Of a DNA stretch of 64,000 nucleotides, positions 1 to 9,483 are shown piece after piece. Numbering within the stretch: position 1 is the stretch's first letter; the number at the start of each line of letters is the position of its first letter. Below the pieces are notes generated by a model. That model saw nothing but the letters and a program-made list of their open reading frames with translations, ran no database searches and was not told the origin of the DNA. The position numbers and the translations under genes are program-made. This DNA is from a virus: the IMG/VR virus record IMGVR_UViG_3300010354_000002, positions 19,162-83,161 of that record; one strand, written 5' to 3'.

Positions 1-22
1 TGGTCGCAGTCGTGGTCGTCAT
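1..22 (-). CDS. Small early gene, 5' end only (runs off the window)
   Basis: ATG at 22 preceded by AAGGAG RBS; reads MTTTTAT. Confidence 0.55.
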
Positions 23-75
23 GGTTCGTTTCTCCTTAATCTTGATGAGATGTCCCGAGTTTTCTTGGCTTTGAA

Positions 76-285
76 TCAATACAACAAAAACGTCCTGTCA
101 AAAGCCCCGGGTGTTTCACCAACACGGAACCACGTTCCATCCTTCCGCAGGGAGATTGCGAATTCCAAACCACAATCATCGCGCTTGACCACAACCTTAC
201 GATTGGTCTTGACTTCCACTACCGTGTAGTCAACGTACGACGAATAAAATTGAATATGAAACTTGGTGCCGATCTTGATATCCAT
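76..285 (-). CDS. Small early protein (SH3-like beta protein; related to 10458 and 37458)
   Basis: AAGGAG RBS and own promoter; shares YTVVEV...SLRKDGTW pattern with paralogues. Confidence 0.75.
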   Translation of the reverse strand: MDIKIGTKFHIQFYSSYVDYTVVEVKTNRKVVVKRDDCGLEFAISLRKDGTWFRVGETPGAFDRTFLLY

Positions 286-355
286 CTTAGTTTCTCCTTG
301 ATGTGGGCATTCTGCCCTACGCAGGTAGAGTACAACATCAGTTCTGTGTTGTCAA
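286..355 (-). promoter_or_regulatory. Early sigma70-type promoter with leader hairpin
   Basis: TTGACA(350-355)-17 nt-TACTCT(327-332); GGGC-AGAAT-GCCC hairpin; AAGGAG. Confidence 0.85.
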
Positions 356-432
356 CACCAAGCACACAAAAATTCCAAGTTTTTTTGGCATCCCCGCTAC
401 CGTCCGAAATGTGATAAAAAAGCGTTGTCATT

Positions 433-472
433 GCCGCCCTGATGTTCCTGAGGGAGTGTCGGGTGGCTTTTT
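433..472 (+). terminator. Intrinsic terminator-like hairpin upstream of head genes
   Basis: GCCGCCC...GGGTGGC stem followed by TTTTT. Confidence 0.6.
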
Positions 473-491
473 GTCGTTTGGGGATAACGCT

Positions 492-1451
492 ATGGCGCAA
501 ATGTTGCCGTTTGAAACAACCATTGCCATCAAGGCCATGCCCGATGATTACAACGGGTCGTGGGTTATTGACGGCCCTGTAGGGTCGGACGAAAAAGACT
601 ACGATGGCGAGACCATGGAACCGCACGGCGTGTGGAAGGGCATGGACATGTTTGACCTGCTTGGTCGGCATGTGGACTACGAGCACCAGTATCGAAAAAG
701 CCTGAACCCTCGCTTTCTGATCGGAGTCGGTGTTGATCGGCGTCTTGAAAAGGGCGTCTGCCACCTTCGGGCCGAACTCTACAAGGACAAGGAACTGGCA
801 AAGTCCTTGTGGGAGCACTTGAACACCAAGACGGCTGCTGGCGAAAATGGCTACGCTGGCTACAGCATCGAAGGCCGTGTGCTGGAGCGAGACCCGAAAG
901 ATCGCAACATCATCAAGAATGTTGAGGTCCACCGTGTCACTGTGTCCATGTCTCCCAAGGGTTTCGGCAAGACTCGTGTCCTGCCCGTGCAATCGGTAAT
1001 CAAGGCTGCTCTGGACGAGGATGGAGTCAAGAGCATTGCCCCGGAATCGTGGGTTGGCGAGGACGCATGGGATGCGTTCCATGCGGTTCTGACATCCGAG
1101 GAGATTCCGCTTCCCCGATATTCCCAGATCGGTACGATCATCAAGGCGTACATGACTGGGTCCGAGATTGTCGCACCGGGTGCTGGAGACATCGCCCCGT
1201 TGCGTCAGCAGTCACTGATTGGTCCTCCGGTGGTCCAGAAAGCCTCGGAGGCGACCAAGAAGCCGTCGCGCCCCACAGCGCGGCAGACGAAGCCGACGTC
1301 GTCAAAACCCCGCCCGACGACGTCTACGGTGCGCAAGGCCGACGAAACCGAAAAGGCCGTTGCGTGCTGGGGTGACTGGCTTGCCAGTCGCGGCATGGAC
1401 ACACGACTCGCTCGCGTGATCCACAAAAAACTGGAGAAGACCTATGCCTAA
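492..1451 (+). CDS. Prohead protease (SPO1/Twort-like)
   Basis: DYDGE, DYEH and GYSIEG motifs; upstream of scaffold and capsid; start taken at ATG 492. Confidence 0.85.
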   Translation: MAQMLPFETTIAIKAMPDDYNGSWVIDGPVGSDEKDYDGETMEPHGVWKGMDMFDLLGRHVDYEHQYRKSLNPRFLIGVGVDRRLEKGVCHLRAELYKDKELAKSLWEHLNTKTAAGENGYAGYSIEGRVLERDPKDRNIIKNVEVHRVTVSMSPKGFGKTRVLPVQSVIKAALDEDGVKSIAPESWVGEDAWDAFHAVLTSEEIPLPRYSQIGTIIKAYMTGSEIVAPGAGDIAPLRQQSLIGPPVVQKASEATKKPSRPTARQTKPTSSKPRPTTSTVRKADETEKAVACWGDWLASRGMDTRLARVIHKKLEKTYA

Positions 1452-2112
1452 GCGACCGATGCCTCCGATGGAGGACGAAGAAGAGGAAATGCCCGACGGC
1501 GAACCCGAGGCTCCGATGCCTCCGATGGCCATGGCACCGGATGGTGACCCCACCGCTGCCCAAGGTTCGGAAGAGGAAGAGGAAGAGGAAGAGGAAGAGC
1601 CGGGTGAAGGGGAAGAGGACGAGGATGAAGACTACGGACGCAAGTCCATGGACTTCGATCCTGATGACGCCCTTGCCACCGACACCGAAATCCTCAAGGG
1701 CATTGTGAACAATGCGGTGCGCGACGCTGTCGCCCCGCTTCACGCCAAGATCAAGCGACTTGAAACCCTTGTCAAGGCCGTGCCGAATTCGGTGCGTCAG
1801 TTGACGGAGGATGCGGTCGCCAAAAGTCTTGCCGCTGCCGAAGAGACCGAGGCTGTCAAGCCGACCGTCGCTGCGGCGTCCATTGGCCAGTCCACTCCTG
1901 ATGTCCAGAAGGGCATTATCGCCCAACCGGGCGAGGACAACCGTGGCCGTGCGCGTAATGCGTGCGCCAAGGCTCTTTCGCTCATGCGGGACAAACGGGC
2001 CGCAATCCCGGCATTCAACGACGTAGACTATGCGCTTCGTCAGGGCGGAAACGTTCCTGATGTTACGCTCAAGGCTTTGATTGAACAGATCGAAGCCGCT
2101 GAAACCCTTTGA
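1444..2112 (+). CDS. Head scaffolding protein
   Basis: Very acidic N-terminus, coiled coil, position between protease and capsid. Confidence 0.7.
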   Translation: MPKRPMPPMEDEEEEMPDGEPEAPMPPMAMAPDGDPTAAQGSEEEEEEEEEEPGEGEEDEDEDYGRKSMDFDPDDALATDTEILKGIVNNAVRDAVAPLHAKIKRLETLVKAVPNSVRQLTEDAVAKSLAAAEETEAVKPTVAAASIGQSTPDVQKGIIAQPGEDNRGRARNACAKALSLMRDKRAAIPAFNDVDYALRQGGNVPDVTLKALIEQIEAAETL

Positions 2113-2123
2113 GGTAAATAGAC

Positions 2124-3761
2124 ATGCTTAGTGGAAACATGGGCATTCTTCCTTTGGAAGAAGTCCGCCAACTTCAGACTATCAATGATGAACTGGCCAA
2201 AGCCTACATCACCAACCAAGACATCGTCACTACGACCAACGATGGCGATGCCTCCTCGCTTCGCAAGCAGTTCCTATTTGGGAACCTTGTCAGCACGATT
2301 TACTCGCAGGACGACGCTGCTTTCCTGAAGAAGTTGCGCGTTGAAAACGTGGGTTCGACCGTGGTCGAATTCTCGCGCTTTGACCTCGTCAACGGTGGTG
2401 ACGGATTTGTGCCGGAGTCCGGTACTGATGGCGTGTTTGGCACCTCTTATGGTGAGGATGCCTTCTCCCGTCACACCCGCACCGTCAAGTTCATGGCGGC
2501 GGCTCGCCGTGTCGGCCTTGTGACCCAGTCGGTCAACAACATCGCCAATCCGATGCGCATTGCCGAACAAGCCGCCAGCCTTGAAATCGTTCGCAACATG
2601 AACCTTGCGGCCATGTACGGTGACTCCGGTTTCAACACGCTGTCGTTTGACGGAATTGAAAAGCAGTTGCGAGATTACGTTGATGACGCCAACGACCCGG
2701 GCATTCTGATTGACATGCGTGGTGGCGTTGTGGATATTGAAGCGATTATGACGGCGGCAACGTCTATCCTGAAGCGATTCGGCAATCCTTCTCTGCTTTT
2801 GCAATCACCTGATTCGTACAACGACACTGAAGCCGAGTTGCTCTCCAACCTTCGGTCGCCCTATGGCTACTCTGGCATTGGCGGCATCAGCGTGGACAAG
2901 GTTCGCACTGCTGGTGGTGAAATCACCCGCATGTACGACAAGATGCTCCGCGCCAATCGCCCGATCAACGTGCTCGGTGCCGCTGCGTCTGGTGGCCCTC
3001 GGACTACGGCTGACACGGGTGCGCTTTCGTTCACCGGAACGCCGTGGGCTAGTCGTGCTGCTGGGCCGCCGGTCGTGAACAACACGGTTGCGGCTGGCAG
3101 TGGGTCGTATTGGCAGAACGTGACGCGCAACACGGCTGCCGCGCTTACCACCATCCCGGCTGTACCGGTTTCCGTGGATGGCAATAACGCTCAGAACAAT
3201 CTTGCCACTGGACAATATCAGTACGCTGCTTCGATTGTCTATCAAGGCAAGGAGTCCCTGCCGTGGGTGTTTGCTCGTAGCGCAGTCGGTCTGTCTGGTG
3301 GTTCTGCTGATGGCACTGTTGCAAACAACTACTGGAACACGACCCTTGGCGATGTCAATGCGCTAAGGCTCAATACCAGCGCAATTTCGGGCTATGCTGC
3401 TGCCACTCACCAGAAGACGGCATATTTCCGCATTTATCGGAAACTTTATTCTGAAGGCGCATCAGCGTGGAAGTTCCTCACGAACGTGGGAATTGGCACG
3501 GATGATATCGCCCTTGCCTATGACAACGGTTTCAAAATTCCCGGGACTGTGGACAACTTCCTGTTGACCGAGCAGCGTGACGGACGTGCGTCCATTGTCC
3601 TCGCCGAACTCTTGGCGATGATGAAGCGGCCGTTGCCGAACCTGCCGTTGGCCGATGTGTTTGCGATGCTTGCCTTCGCAACCCCCATCGTCTTCTTCGG
3701 TGGTTTCCATGTTCAGTTCTACAACGTTCGCGCTATGCGACCGGGCTACAACCCCACGTAG
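2124..3761 (+). CDS. Major capsid protein, Herelleviridae (phage K/SPO1)-like, with enlarged Ig-like insertion
   Basis: LRKQFL, STVVEF, VNNIANP, MYGD, FDGI and LAELLAMMKRPL match recalled phage K capsid motifs LRREIL, STVVKY, VNNIADP, FYGD, FDGL and LFELLPMMKLPL. Confidence 0.9.
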   Translation: MLSGNMGILPLEEVRQLQTINDELAKAYITNQDIVTTTNDGDASSLRKQFLFGNLVSTIYSQDDAAFLKKLRVENVGSTVVEFSRFDLVNGGDGFVPESGTDGVFGTSYGEDAFSRHTRTVKFMAAARRVGLVTQSVNNIANPMRIAEQAASLEIVRNMNLAAMYGDSGFNTLSFDGIEKQLRDYVDDANDPGILIDMRGGVVDIEAIMTAATSILKRFGNPSLLLQSPDSYNDTEAELLSNLRSPYGYSGIGGISVDKVRTAGGEITRMYDKMLRANRPINVLGAAASGGPRTTADTGALSFTGTPWASRAAGPPVVNNTVAAGSGSYWQNVTRNTAAALTTIPAVPVSVDGNNAQNNLATGQYQYAASIVYQGKESLPWVFARSAVGLSGGSADGTVANNYWNTTLGDVNALRLNTSAISGYAAATHQKTAYFRIYRKLYSEGASAWKFLTNVGIGTDDIALAYDNGFKIPGTVDNFLLTEQRDGRASIVLAELLAMMKRPLPNLPLADVFAMLAFATPIVFFGGFHVQFYNVRAMRPGYNPT

Positions 3762-3774
3762 TCGTTAGACTGAC

Positions 3775-3816
3775 GGGCGGTCGGTCGGCGGGTGACCGTT
3801 GGCCGACCGCCTTTTT
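3775..3816 (+). terminator. Rho-independent terminator after capsid gene
   Basis: GGCGGTCGGTCGGCGG-GTGA-CCGTTGGCCGACCGCC-TTTTT. Confidence 0.85.
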
Positions 3817-3827
3817 AGGTTAATCTC

Positions 3828-4619
3828 ATGGCACAAATCAGTGTAGAACAAGTAATCCCTCGCCTTATCGGTCTTGGCGACTGGCGTCGTCGTGCCGCCG
3901 AGGACGGGTATACCGACGCCTACATTGATGCCGAAGTGATCCCTGCCGCAATCCGTCATTTTGAGCGACACGCACAGTTCCGCATCGAACCCGTGCGTGT
4001 TGTTATGGCACCCGATGGTGCCTACCCTCAGGCTTCCTCCGCATACCCCGTGGTTGAACTGGAAATGCTTCCCTACGTTCGACCCAATGCACAGGCCTAT
4101 CTACGATTTCATGTTCCCGAGCCGCCTATTCGCCAAATTCTGCGAGTCCGGGTGATGCTCAACAAGACTAGCCAGATTTTTGAGATTCCCAGCCAATGGC
4201 TTGAGCATAGCCCCACAAGCGGCGATGTCTGGATTCAGCCTACTGCGGGTTCTTTGACTGCCGCAGCCGCCTTCGGATTCAACATCCTGAACCTTGCGTT
4301 TGGCGTGCGAGACGATATCCCGCACAGTTTTGCTATTGACTACGATGCCGGTCTGCCAGATGGCTGGACTGACATGCGTGAGTGGAAAGACGTTGCTCGG
4401 GCAGTGACATGCCGCGCTGCAATTATGATTCTGTCAGACTGGGCACAAGCGTTCGATGCTGGCCGCGCTACCAAGAACGTTGGTGGCTTGGGGGTGTCCA
4501 TCTCTACACAGTTGACCCGTTTTGAGGATCGGATCAACAGGCTGGAGATGGAAGAGAAAGAGATCATTGATCAGTTGCGAGCACAGGCTGGACGCAACGT
4601 CAACGTAGGATTCATCTGA
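3828..4619 (+). CDS. Head-tail adaptor (neck) protein
   Basis: Directly after capsid; IDYDAGLP motif and C-terminal GFI typical of adaptors. Confidence 0.7.
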   Translation: MAQISVEQVIPRLIGLGDWRRRAAEDGYTDAYIDAEVIPAAIRHFERHAQFRIEPVRVVMAPDGAYPQASSAYPVVELEMLPYVRPNAQAYLRFHVPEPPIRQILRVRVMLNKTSQIFEIPSQWLEHSPTSGDVWIQPTAGSLTAAAAFGFNILNLAFGVRDDIPHSFAIDYDAGLPDGWTDMREWKDVARAVTCRAAIMILSDWAQAFDAGRATKNVGGLGVSISTQLTRFEDRINRLEMEEKEIIDQLRAQAGRNVNVGFI

Positions 4620-5560
4620 TGAATCAGTATGGATCTGGTTTTAAATTCGGAAACGGTCTGCCACTTCGTCTAGATTTTGGCGACCTGCTGGATTTGATTC
4701 AGGTCCATCCCGGGCGGCAATTCTGTCGCTGGTACAAGGCCTATCCGCAGATTCCAACCAATGTTACTACCGTGACTCTGCCTACGGATGCGAAGAAGTT
4801 CATCCGCGTTGAGCAGGAGTTTCCGAGCACCGAACTGCGCCCGATGATTGTGTTTGACGCTAGTGGCTTCAACCGGACTTATCGGGAGATGTTGGGCATG
4901 GTGGAAGAAGGCGGGATGGCAATGGTCTACCTGCCTGATGAAGTTGACATTGCACAAGACGATTGGGTCACGCCATGGGGTCTTGTAGGTGACGGGTCCG
5001 ATGCTCCCAATCGTGTGGTAAGCGAAGTGCTGCCTCGGGGTCGAAAGCGCATTGCGGGTACAGGCACTGTAACCATTGCCGGGTCTACCGCCACGTTCAG
5101 CACCACAAGCCATGGTGCGCGGTATGGGGACGTGTTGATGGCCGCTGGCCGTCAGGTAACTCTTGGGACGCCTACGGGAGCGACTGTGCCCATCATTGGT
5201 ACTATCGTTGCTTCAACCACGCCAGTTACGAATGCAAGGTATGAAATTGGGCGGGATGCTCTCATGCACCCCGGTGCATCCAACTTCATGGAAATGATGA
5301 CCGCTTCGGGCACTGTCATTCCCGGTGGGCTTCGGGCCAACATTGCCAATCAGGAACTGGTATGGCTTGATATGACAGGCATTGCCGATGCACCGGCTTT
5401 GAGCGTGCGTTACCGGGCAACGCCTACCTACGCCATCAAGTCGTCGTGGGTGCGTATCCCGGGCTACGACTACGACGCTCCTAGTGTGCCGATTGGGCGT
5501 TTGCCACATATGGCGCAGGGTATGCACGTCATTCCCGAAAACCATAGGGGGTGGCTGTAA
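4619..5560 (+). CDS. Head closure/neck protein
   Basis: Translationally coupled to adaptor; LSVRYRATPTY resembles Twort-like neck proteins. Confidence 0.55.
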   Translation: MNQYGSGFKFGNGLPLRLDFGDLLDLIQVHPGRQFCRWYKAYPQIPTNVTTVTLPTDAKKFIRVEQEFPSTELRPMIVFDASGFNRTYREMLGMVEEGGMAMVYLPDEVDIAQDDWVTPWGLVGDGSDAPNRVVSEVLPRGRKRIAGTGTVTIAGSTATFSTTSHGARYGDVLMAAGRQVTLGTPTGATVPIIGTIVASTTPVTNARYEIGRDALMHPGASNFMEMMTASGTVIPGGLRANIANQELVWLDMTGIADAPALSVRYRATPTYAIKSSWVRIPGYDYDAPSVPIGRLPHMAQGMHVIPENHRGWL

Positions 5561-6318
5561 TGGTGCATCTTGACGCAGCCACAGACGCCAGTTCTGGCGG
5601 TACGTTCCGCATTGCCATGCAGTTGTCCGGCACCCCGAATGGGGCTGTCACCACAACGGTGTCGCGCTATCCGTCAAAAACCGTCGGCTCTTATGCCACG
5701 CCTACGGTAACGGGTACGTTCCCCACGCTGACGGCGACTGTTTCCGGTGGTGGGTATTGGTATGTTTGGTTGTCTGACAGCGATGGCGAGACGGGTCCAT
5801 TTGGCGTGTCTGCGTTGCTCACGTGCAGCCCGTGGCTTGTCTCCATTGGAGAGTCTGTGCGCAACATTCTTGTTGCGAACAAATCTAGAATTGATGCAGT
5901 GCTGCAACTGTTTCACCCGGACGCAGAGATCAACTCAATTGAGTACGGGTTTTCAAACTCGCAGGTCAACGCTCCGTTTATTGTGGTTACTGCACCAAGA
6001 GTCGAAAGCGAACCCGTCGCTCTTAGCAACACTTACGAGTATCGGTTCGGCCTTACGATTGCTGTGGTCACGGCGCGTGCCAACGACGAAACGGACGAAA
6101 CTAAAGGCGCGGCGGCGGTCGTTCAGGAGATATCGCGCATCCTGAATCAGGTTGGATACAGCACTATCAACTTGTGCGACGGTTGTACAGCGTATTTCTG
6201 TCACGCCTCTGGGGGCAAGGCCGAGATGACGGTTGTTCCCGTGCAGGACGGCTACCTGTGGTTTGCCGTGGGCGATATTAGTTGGTCTGGCAACCTCCTT
6301 GTGTCGGAGGGTTACTAA
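5560..6318 (+). CDS. Putative tail terminator with N-terminal Ig-like domain
   Basis: Coupled start, position, PFIVV... fold pattern. Confidence 0.5.
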   Translation: MVHLDAATDASSGGTFRIAMQLSGTPNGAVTTTVSRYPSKTVGSYATPTVTGTFPTLTATVSGGGYWYVWLSDSDGETGPFGVSALLTCSPWLVSIGESVRNILVANKSRIDAVLQLFHPDAEINSIEYGFSNSQVNAPFIVVTAPRVESEPVALSNTYEYRFGLTIAVVTARANDETDETKGAAAVVQEISRILNQVGYSTINLCDGCTAYFCHASGGKAEMTVVPVQDGYLWFAVGDISWSGNLLVSEGY

Positions 6319-6983
6319 TGCCCGTATCCATCAATATAGAACCACTCCCTAATACCGTTAGGGCGGTAACGTTGGTATTTGACTTTCAGATTGACGACGA
6401 CGATCTTGGTCAACTAGAGGATCGGCTTGGCAATGTAGAGCCATTGCTGAATCGCATTGCTCGGATCATGCGTCGTGCCGCCGCCGCAAGGTTTCGAGAA
6501 GGTGGGCCGGGTTGGCGTCCATTGGCTGAATCCACTATTGCAGACAAATTGGCTGCCGGTGCGCCTCCCACAATGGCGAACGGCAGGGTATTCCCCCGGT
6601 TCCGTCAAGCGGGTGCTTTGAATGCTCCTGCCACCACCATCCTGATCCGTAGCGGTGCGTTGCGCGACTCGTGGGTGCGCAAACGGGACAAGTACCACTA
6701 CGAGCAGATTGATTCAGATAGCGGAACCGTGGAGATCGGTTCTGAACTGCCGTATGCATCTGCGCATCAGATGGGTACTGCACCGAGGCTGATCACTCCG
6801 GTCAACGCCCTTGCTTTGCGGTTTATGACTGCCTCCGGCAACTACATCTTCCGCAAATACGTCAACCACCCCGGCTTGCCGCCTCGCCCGGTGCAACTCC
6901 TGCCCCATGACGAGGTTCGCATCAAGGAGGAAATCCAGCATTATCTGAATGTCCATCGCATTCAGGTCGAAGAGCCGGATTGA
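6318..6983 (+). CDS. Virion morphogenesis / tail completion protein (Mu G / P2 S-like)
   Basis: WRPLAESTI, LIRSGALRDS, IGSELPYASAHQMG, HPGLPPRP. Confidence 0.85.
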   Translation: MPVSINIEPLPNTVRAVTLVFDFQIDDDDLGQLEDRLGNVEPLLNRIARIMRRAAAARFREGGPGWRPLAESTIADKLAAGAPPTMANGRVFPRFRQAGALNAPATTILIRSGALRDSWVRKRDKYHYEQIDSDSGTVEIGSELPYASAHQMGTAPRLITPVNALALRFMTASGNYIFRKYVNHPGLPPRPVQLLPHDEVRIKEEIQHYLNVHRIQVEEPD

Positions 6984-7036
6984 CTCCAAAGCCAACGCAT
7001 CAACTGTACAATATTTCGTAATCTGGGAGAACTATC

Positions 7037-8041
7037 ATGGCGGCAACCCCTCAAACTCAAGGCTTTCTTGGTGGAGTCACCATCGCTGGGCGAAAATTTA
7101 CCGTGCGGGGAAATCCTCAATTTCGAGCAAACCGCAATATTGACGTCACAGGGATGATTGGGACTGGATATCCATACCTGTATGCCGAGGGTGTTCAGAC
7201 TCCCACAATCACGATGTCCATCGTGCCTCGCGCCTCCGGTGATGGATGTCCTTTTCTCGAATCATTCCTTGCTTGTTTTTTGACAAGATCGGCAGGAATA
7301 CCTACAGCCCCGGTATGGGAAACGCCTCTTGTCATTGCCGTTGGTGCAACTGATCCGGCTCCCGGGAGTGTTTCAGGTCTGAATTTGGCAACAGCCATGG
7401 CCAATGCTGGAATTGTTTTTTCCGACGGGGAAACAATCACATGCATGTTTGGGGTTAAGGCAGAGTCCGTACGCATCAGTACTGCAAAAGGCCAAGACCT
7501 AATGTTTGATGTGACTTTTGTAGGCACTTGCTACAAGCAGTTCCGGTGGACCAATGATAATGCCTTCATCACTGCGTTGAACACGCTACGATTTACAGCG
7601 TCCGACTGCATCGCCCCACTGAGATTTCAATCGGTTACTGTTAGTGGAGACTTTGCGGATAAGGTTTTTGGCATCAATCTGTCTTGGTCTAACAATCACA
7701 CTCCAAACATGGGTCTTGATGGAACGGTGTTTCCTATTGCACAAAATGCAGGGATGCCAAATGCGGGTTTGTCGTTGACACTTCAGGCTCTAGACTCAAT
7801 TCCCGGAGACCTGCTTACGCCGTCTTCGTTTTCGTTCACCGTACTTAGTATTGGTATTGGATCGGTAACGTTCACAATGCCAAAGCCTGTTGTTTACAAC
7901 CCATATGACCGGTCTGCGCCTATGGGACGTGTATTGCGAAACTACAATTACACCTTGCTGGGAGATTGTACTCAGCCGAACGTATTCGCAGGGTCTATGG
8001 TAATTCCAACTTATACAGGCAATTTTAATGATGTAGCCTAA
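7037..8041 (+). CDS. Major tail tube protein
   Basis: GGAG RBS; last gene of neck block; beta-rich siphovirus tube-like pattern. Confidence 0.65.
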   Translation: MAATPQTQGFLGGVTIAGRKFTVRGNPQFRANRNIDVTGMIGTGYPYLYAEGVQTPTITMSIVPRASGDGCPFLESFLACFLTRSAGIPTAPVWETPLVIAVGATDPAPGSVSGLNLATAMANAGIVFSDGETITCMFGVKAESVRISTAKGQDLMFDVTFVGTCYKQFRWTNDNAFITALNTLRFTASDCIAPLRFQSVTVSGDFADKVFGINLSWSNNHTPNMGLDGTVFPIAQNAGMPNAGLSLTLQALDSIPGDLLTPSSFSFTVLSIGIGSVTFTMPKPVVYNPYDRSAPMGRVLRNYNYTLLGDCTQPNVFAGSMVIPTYTGNFNDVA

Positions 8042-8067
8042 TATTGTTGTCCATAACATAATCTGCA

Positions 8068-8099
8068 AAGCCTCCCCAGTCAAAAGACCGAGGAGGCTT
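8068..8099 (-). terminator. Terminator between convergent tail tube and early cluster
   Basis: AAGCCTCCTCGGTC-TTTT-GACTGGGGAGGCTT on - strand. Confidence 0.75.
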
Positions 8100-8124
8100 C
8101 TGTTTGATTTGAAGCGATGGCTTC

Positions 8125-8535
8125 CTAGTCAATCCACGTCCAGACATAGGACTTGATACCGGCCTTGTTCAGGACGTCAACCCACGCCTGTGCACGGGCT
8201 TCGTTGACGGCGAGGCTTTGCGTGAGCGAGGGCGGGTTGAACGTCTCGCACTCGAAATCCAAAACGTAGTAGGTCACAGAGTTCTGATATCCCAGAGCCT
8301 TCTTGGTCTTGAGGTATTGGGCGAAGCCCGTGCGTCCAGAGTCCAACCGAATGGACGCCATGCCATAGGGATAACCGCAGACGACGTACTTCCTCTTGGT
8401 CCAGTGATCAACCACGATGGACTTCTGGCCACGAGCCGCCTCACGAGCCGCCTTGGCTGCCGCCTTGCGACCGGCCTTGATGGCCCGGGCGACCAAGCGG
8501 TCGTAACGGGCGATGGTGGCGTTGCTAATAGTCAT
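8125..8535 (-). CDS. Conserved phage early protein
   Basis: Own promoter and RBS; VCG...QS...EA.A.A...VL..AGI motif common in phages. Confidence 0.8.
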   Translation of the reverse strand: MTISNATIARYDRLVARAIKAGRKAAAKAAREAARGQKSIVVDHWTKRKYVVCGYPYGMASIRLDSGRTGFAQYLKTKKALGYQNSVTYYVLDFECETFNPPSLTQSLAVNEARAQAWVDVLNKAGIKSYVWTWID

Positions 8536-8599
8536 GTCAAATCTCCTGTATCGGTTCTTCCGATGAGCCTAGTTTACCGTTCGTGTTACGGGTTGTCAA
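8536..8599 (-). promoter_or_regulatory. Early promoter with CATCGGAAGAACCGATACAGGAG leader
   Basis: TTGACA(8594-8599)-17-TAAACT(8571-8576). Confidence 0.85.
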
Positions 8600-9002
8600 C
8601 AGTATCCAGATTGCGTTGTGCGATGGAGGCGAATGTCCGCAGGATCACCAGTTGGGCGATTGCCTCGCGGACAAAGTTGCTGCCACTACCGATGAAGATT
8701 CGTCGCTTTTCACGGTCATCGGTGGATCGGGCGTCCCGGGCTGTTGCCAAAGCGCATTCCAAGTTTCCTTGCACGGTCTGAAGTCCGAGGCCAAGCCCGA
8801 TAAGGACATCATCCTCCAAGCCTGCCGACCATATGGCATTGGCGTAGCCCTTGATGCGGTCAACCGCATTGCGCAGGTCTGTACAAACAGCGTCAAGATC
8901 AGCCCATCCACGCCAACTCAGGTCTTCGATGTGACGAAAGTCGGGGAGGCGATATTCCGCAACGTTGTCCAAGACTGTCTTCAGGGTAAAAGGTGCATTC
9001 AT
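8586..9002 (-). CDS. Helical early protein (paralogue of 9480..9890)
   Basis: AAGGAG RBS; IEDLSWRGWADLDAV vs IKDLTWKSWDDINAV. Confidence 0.75.
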   Translation of the reverse strand: MNAPFTLKTVLDNVAEYRLPDFRHIEDLSWRGWADLDAVCTDLRNAVDRIKGYANAIWSAGLEDDVLIGLGLGLQTVQGNLECALATARDARSTDDREKRRIFIGSGSNFVREAIAQLVILRTFASIAQRNLDTVDNP

Positions 9003-9053
9003 TCTAGTTCTCCTTTGTCAGTAGCCCGATTGCCCGGGCCTTCGTGTTGTCGT

Positions 9054-9419
9054 TCAGGCAATGCCCAATTCGGTAGAAATCCGGTTGATTTTGGCCGCCA
9101 ATGCTTGACGCTTGGCAATCAACCATTCGTCCGCAGGAATGTCAGAAAAGGCGACAGAAGCGACGATCCCGCGATATTCAAAAATCGCATTGTTCAGACG
9201 CTTGATTTCCCGAGCCAAAACAAAATCGCGCAACGGATCGCCAATCCCCAATGTGTTGGCGAGTGTCGCAACCTCCTGCTCAAGCCGCACTGATGTTGAG
9301 ATTCGGAAATCGCAATAATCGCCATTGAGATCCTTGTCAGTCCAATTGCGGAGATCGTTGATGCGATTGGCGATCTTCTTGATCGCGGTGATGGTGTCGT
9401 TGTTCAGGTTGATGTTCAT
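9054..9419 (-). CDS. Hypothetical early protein
   Basis: Start corrected to ATG 9419, after CAGGAG leader. Confidence 0.75.
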   Translation of the reverse strand: MNINLNNDTITAIKKIANRINDLRNWTDKDLNGDYCDFRISTSVRLEQEVATLANTLGIGDPLRDFVLAREIKRLNNAIFEYRGIVASVAFSDIPADEWLIAKRQALAAKINRISTELGIA

Positions 9420-9483
9420 CGTAGTTCTCCTGTATCGGTTCTTCCGATGGGGTGATTGTACAACTCGCACACTGCGTTGTCAA
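9420..9483 (-). promoter_or_regulatory. Early promoter and leader; 41 bp identical to 9894-9934
   Basis: TTGACA(9478-9483)-17-TACAAT(9455-9460). Confidence 0.9.

Noticed and set aside
333-344. GAAC-N4-GTT(G) as a LexA box in a promoter spacer
   Set aside because: GAAC recurs in several spacers but the second half-site is imperfect here and absent in the others.
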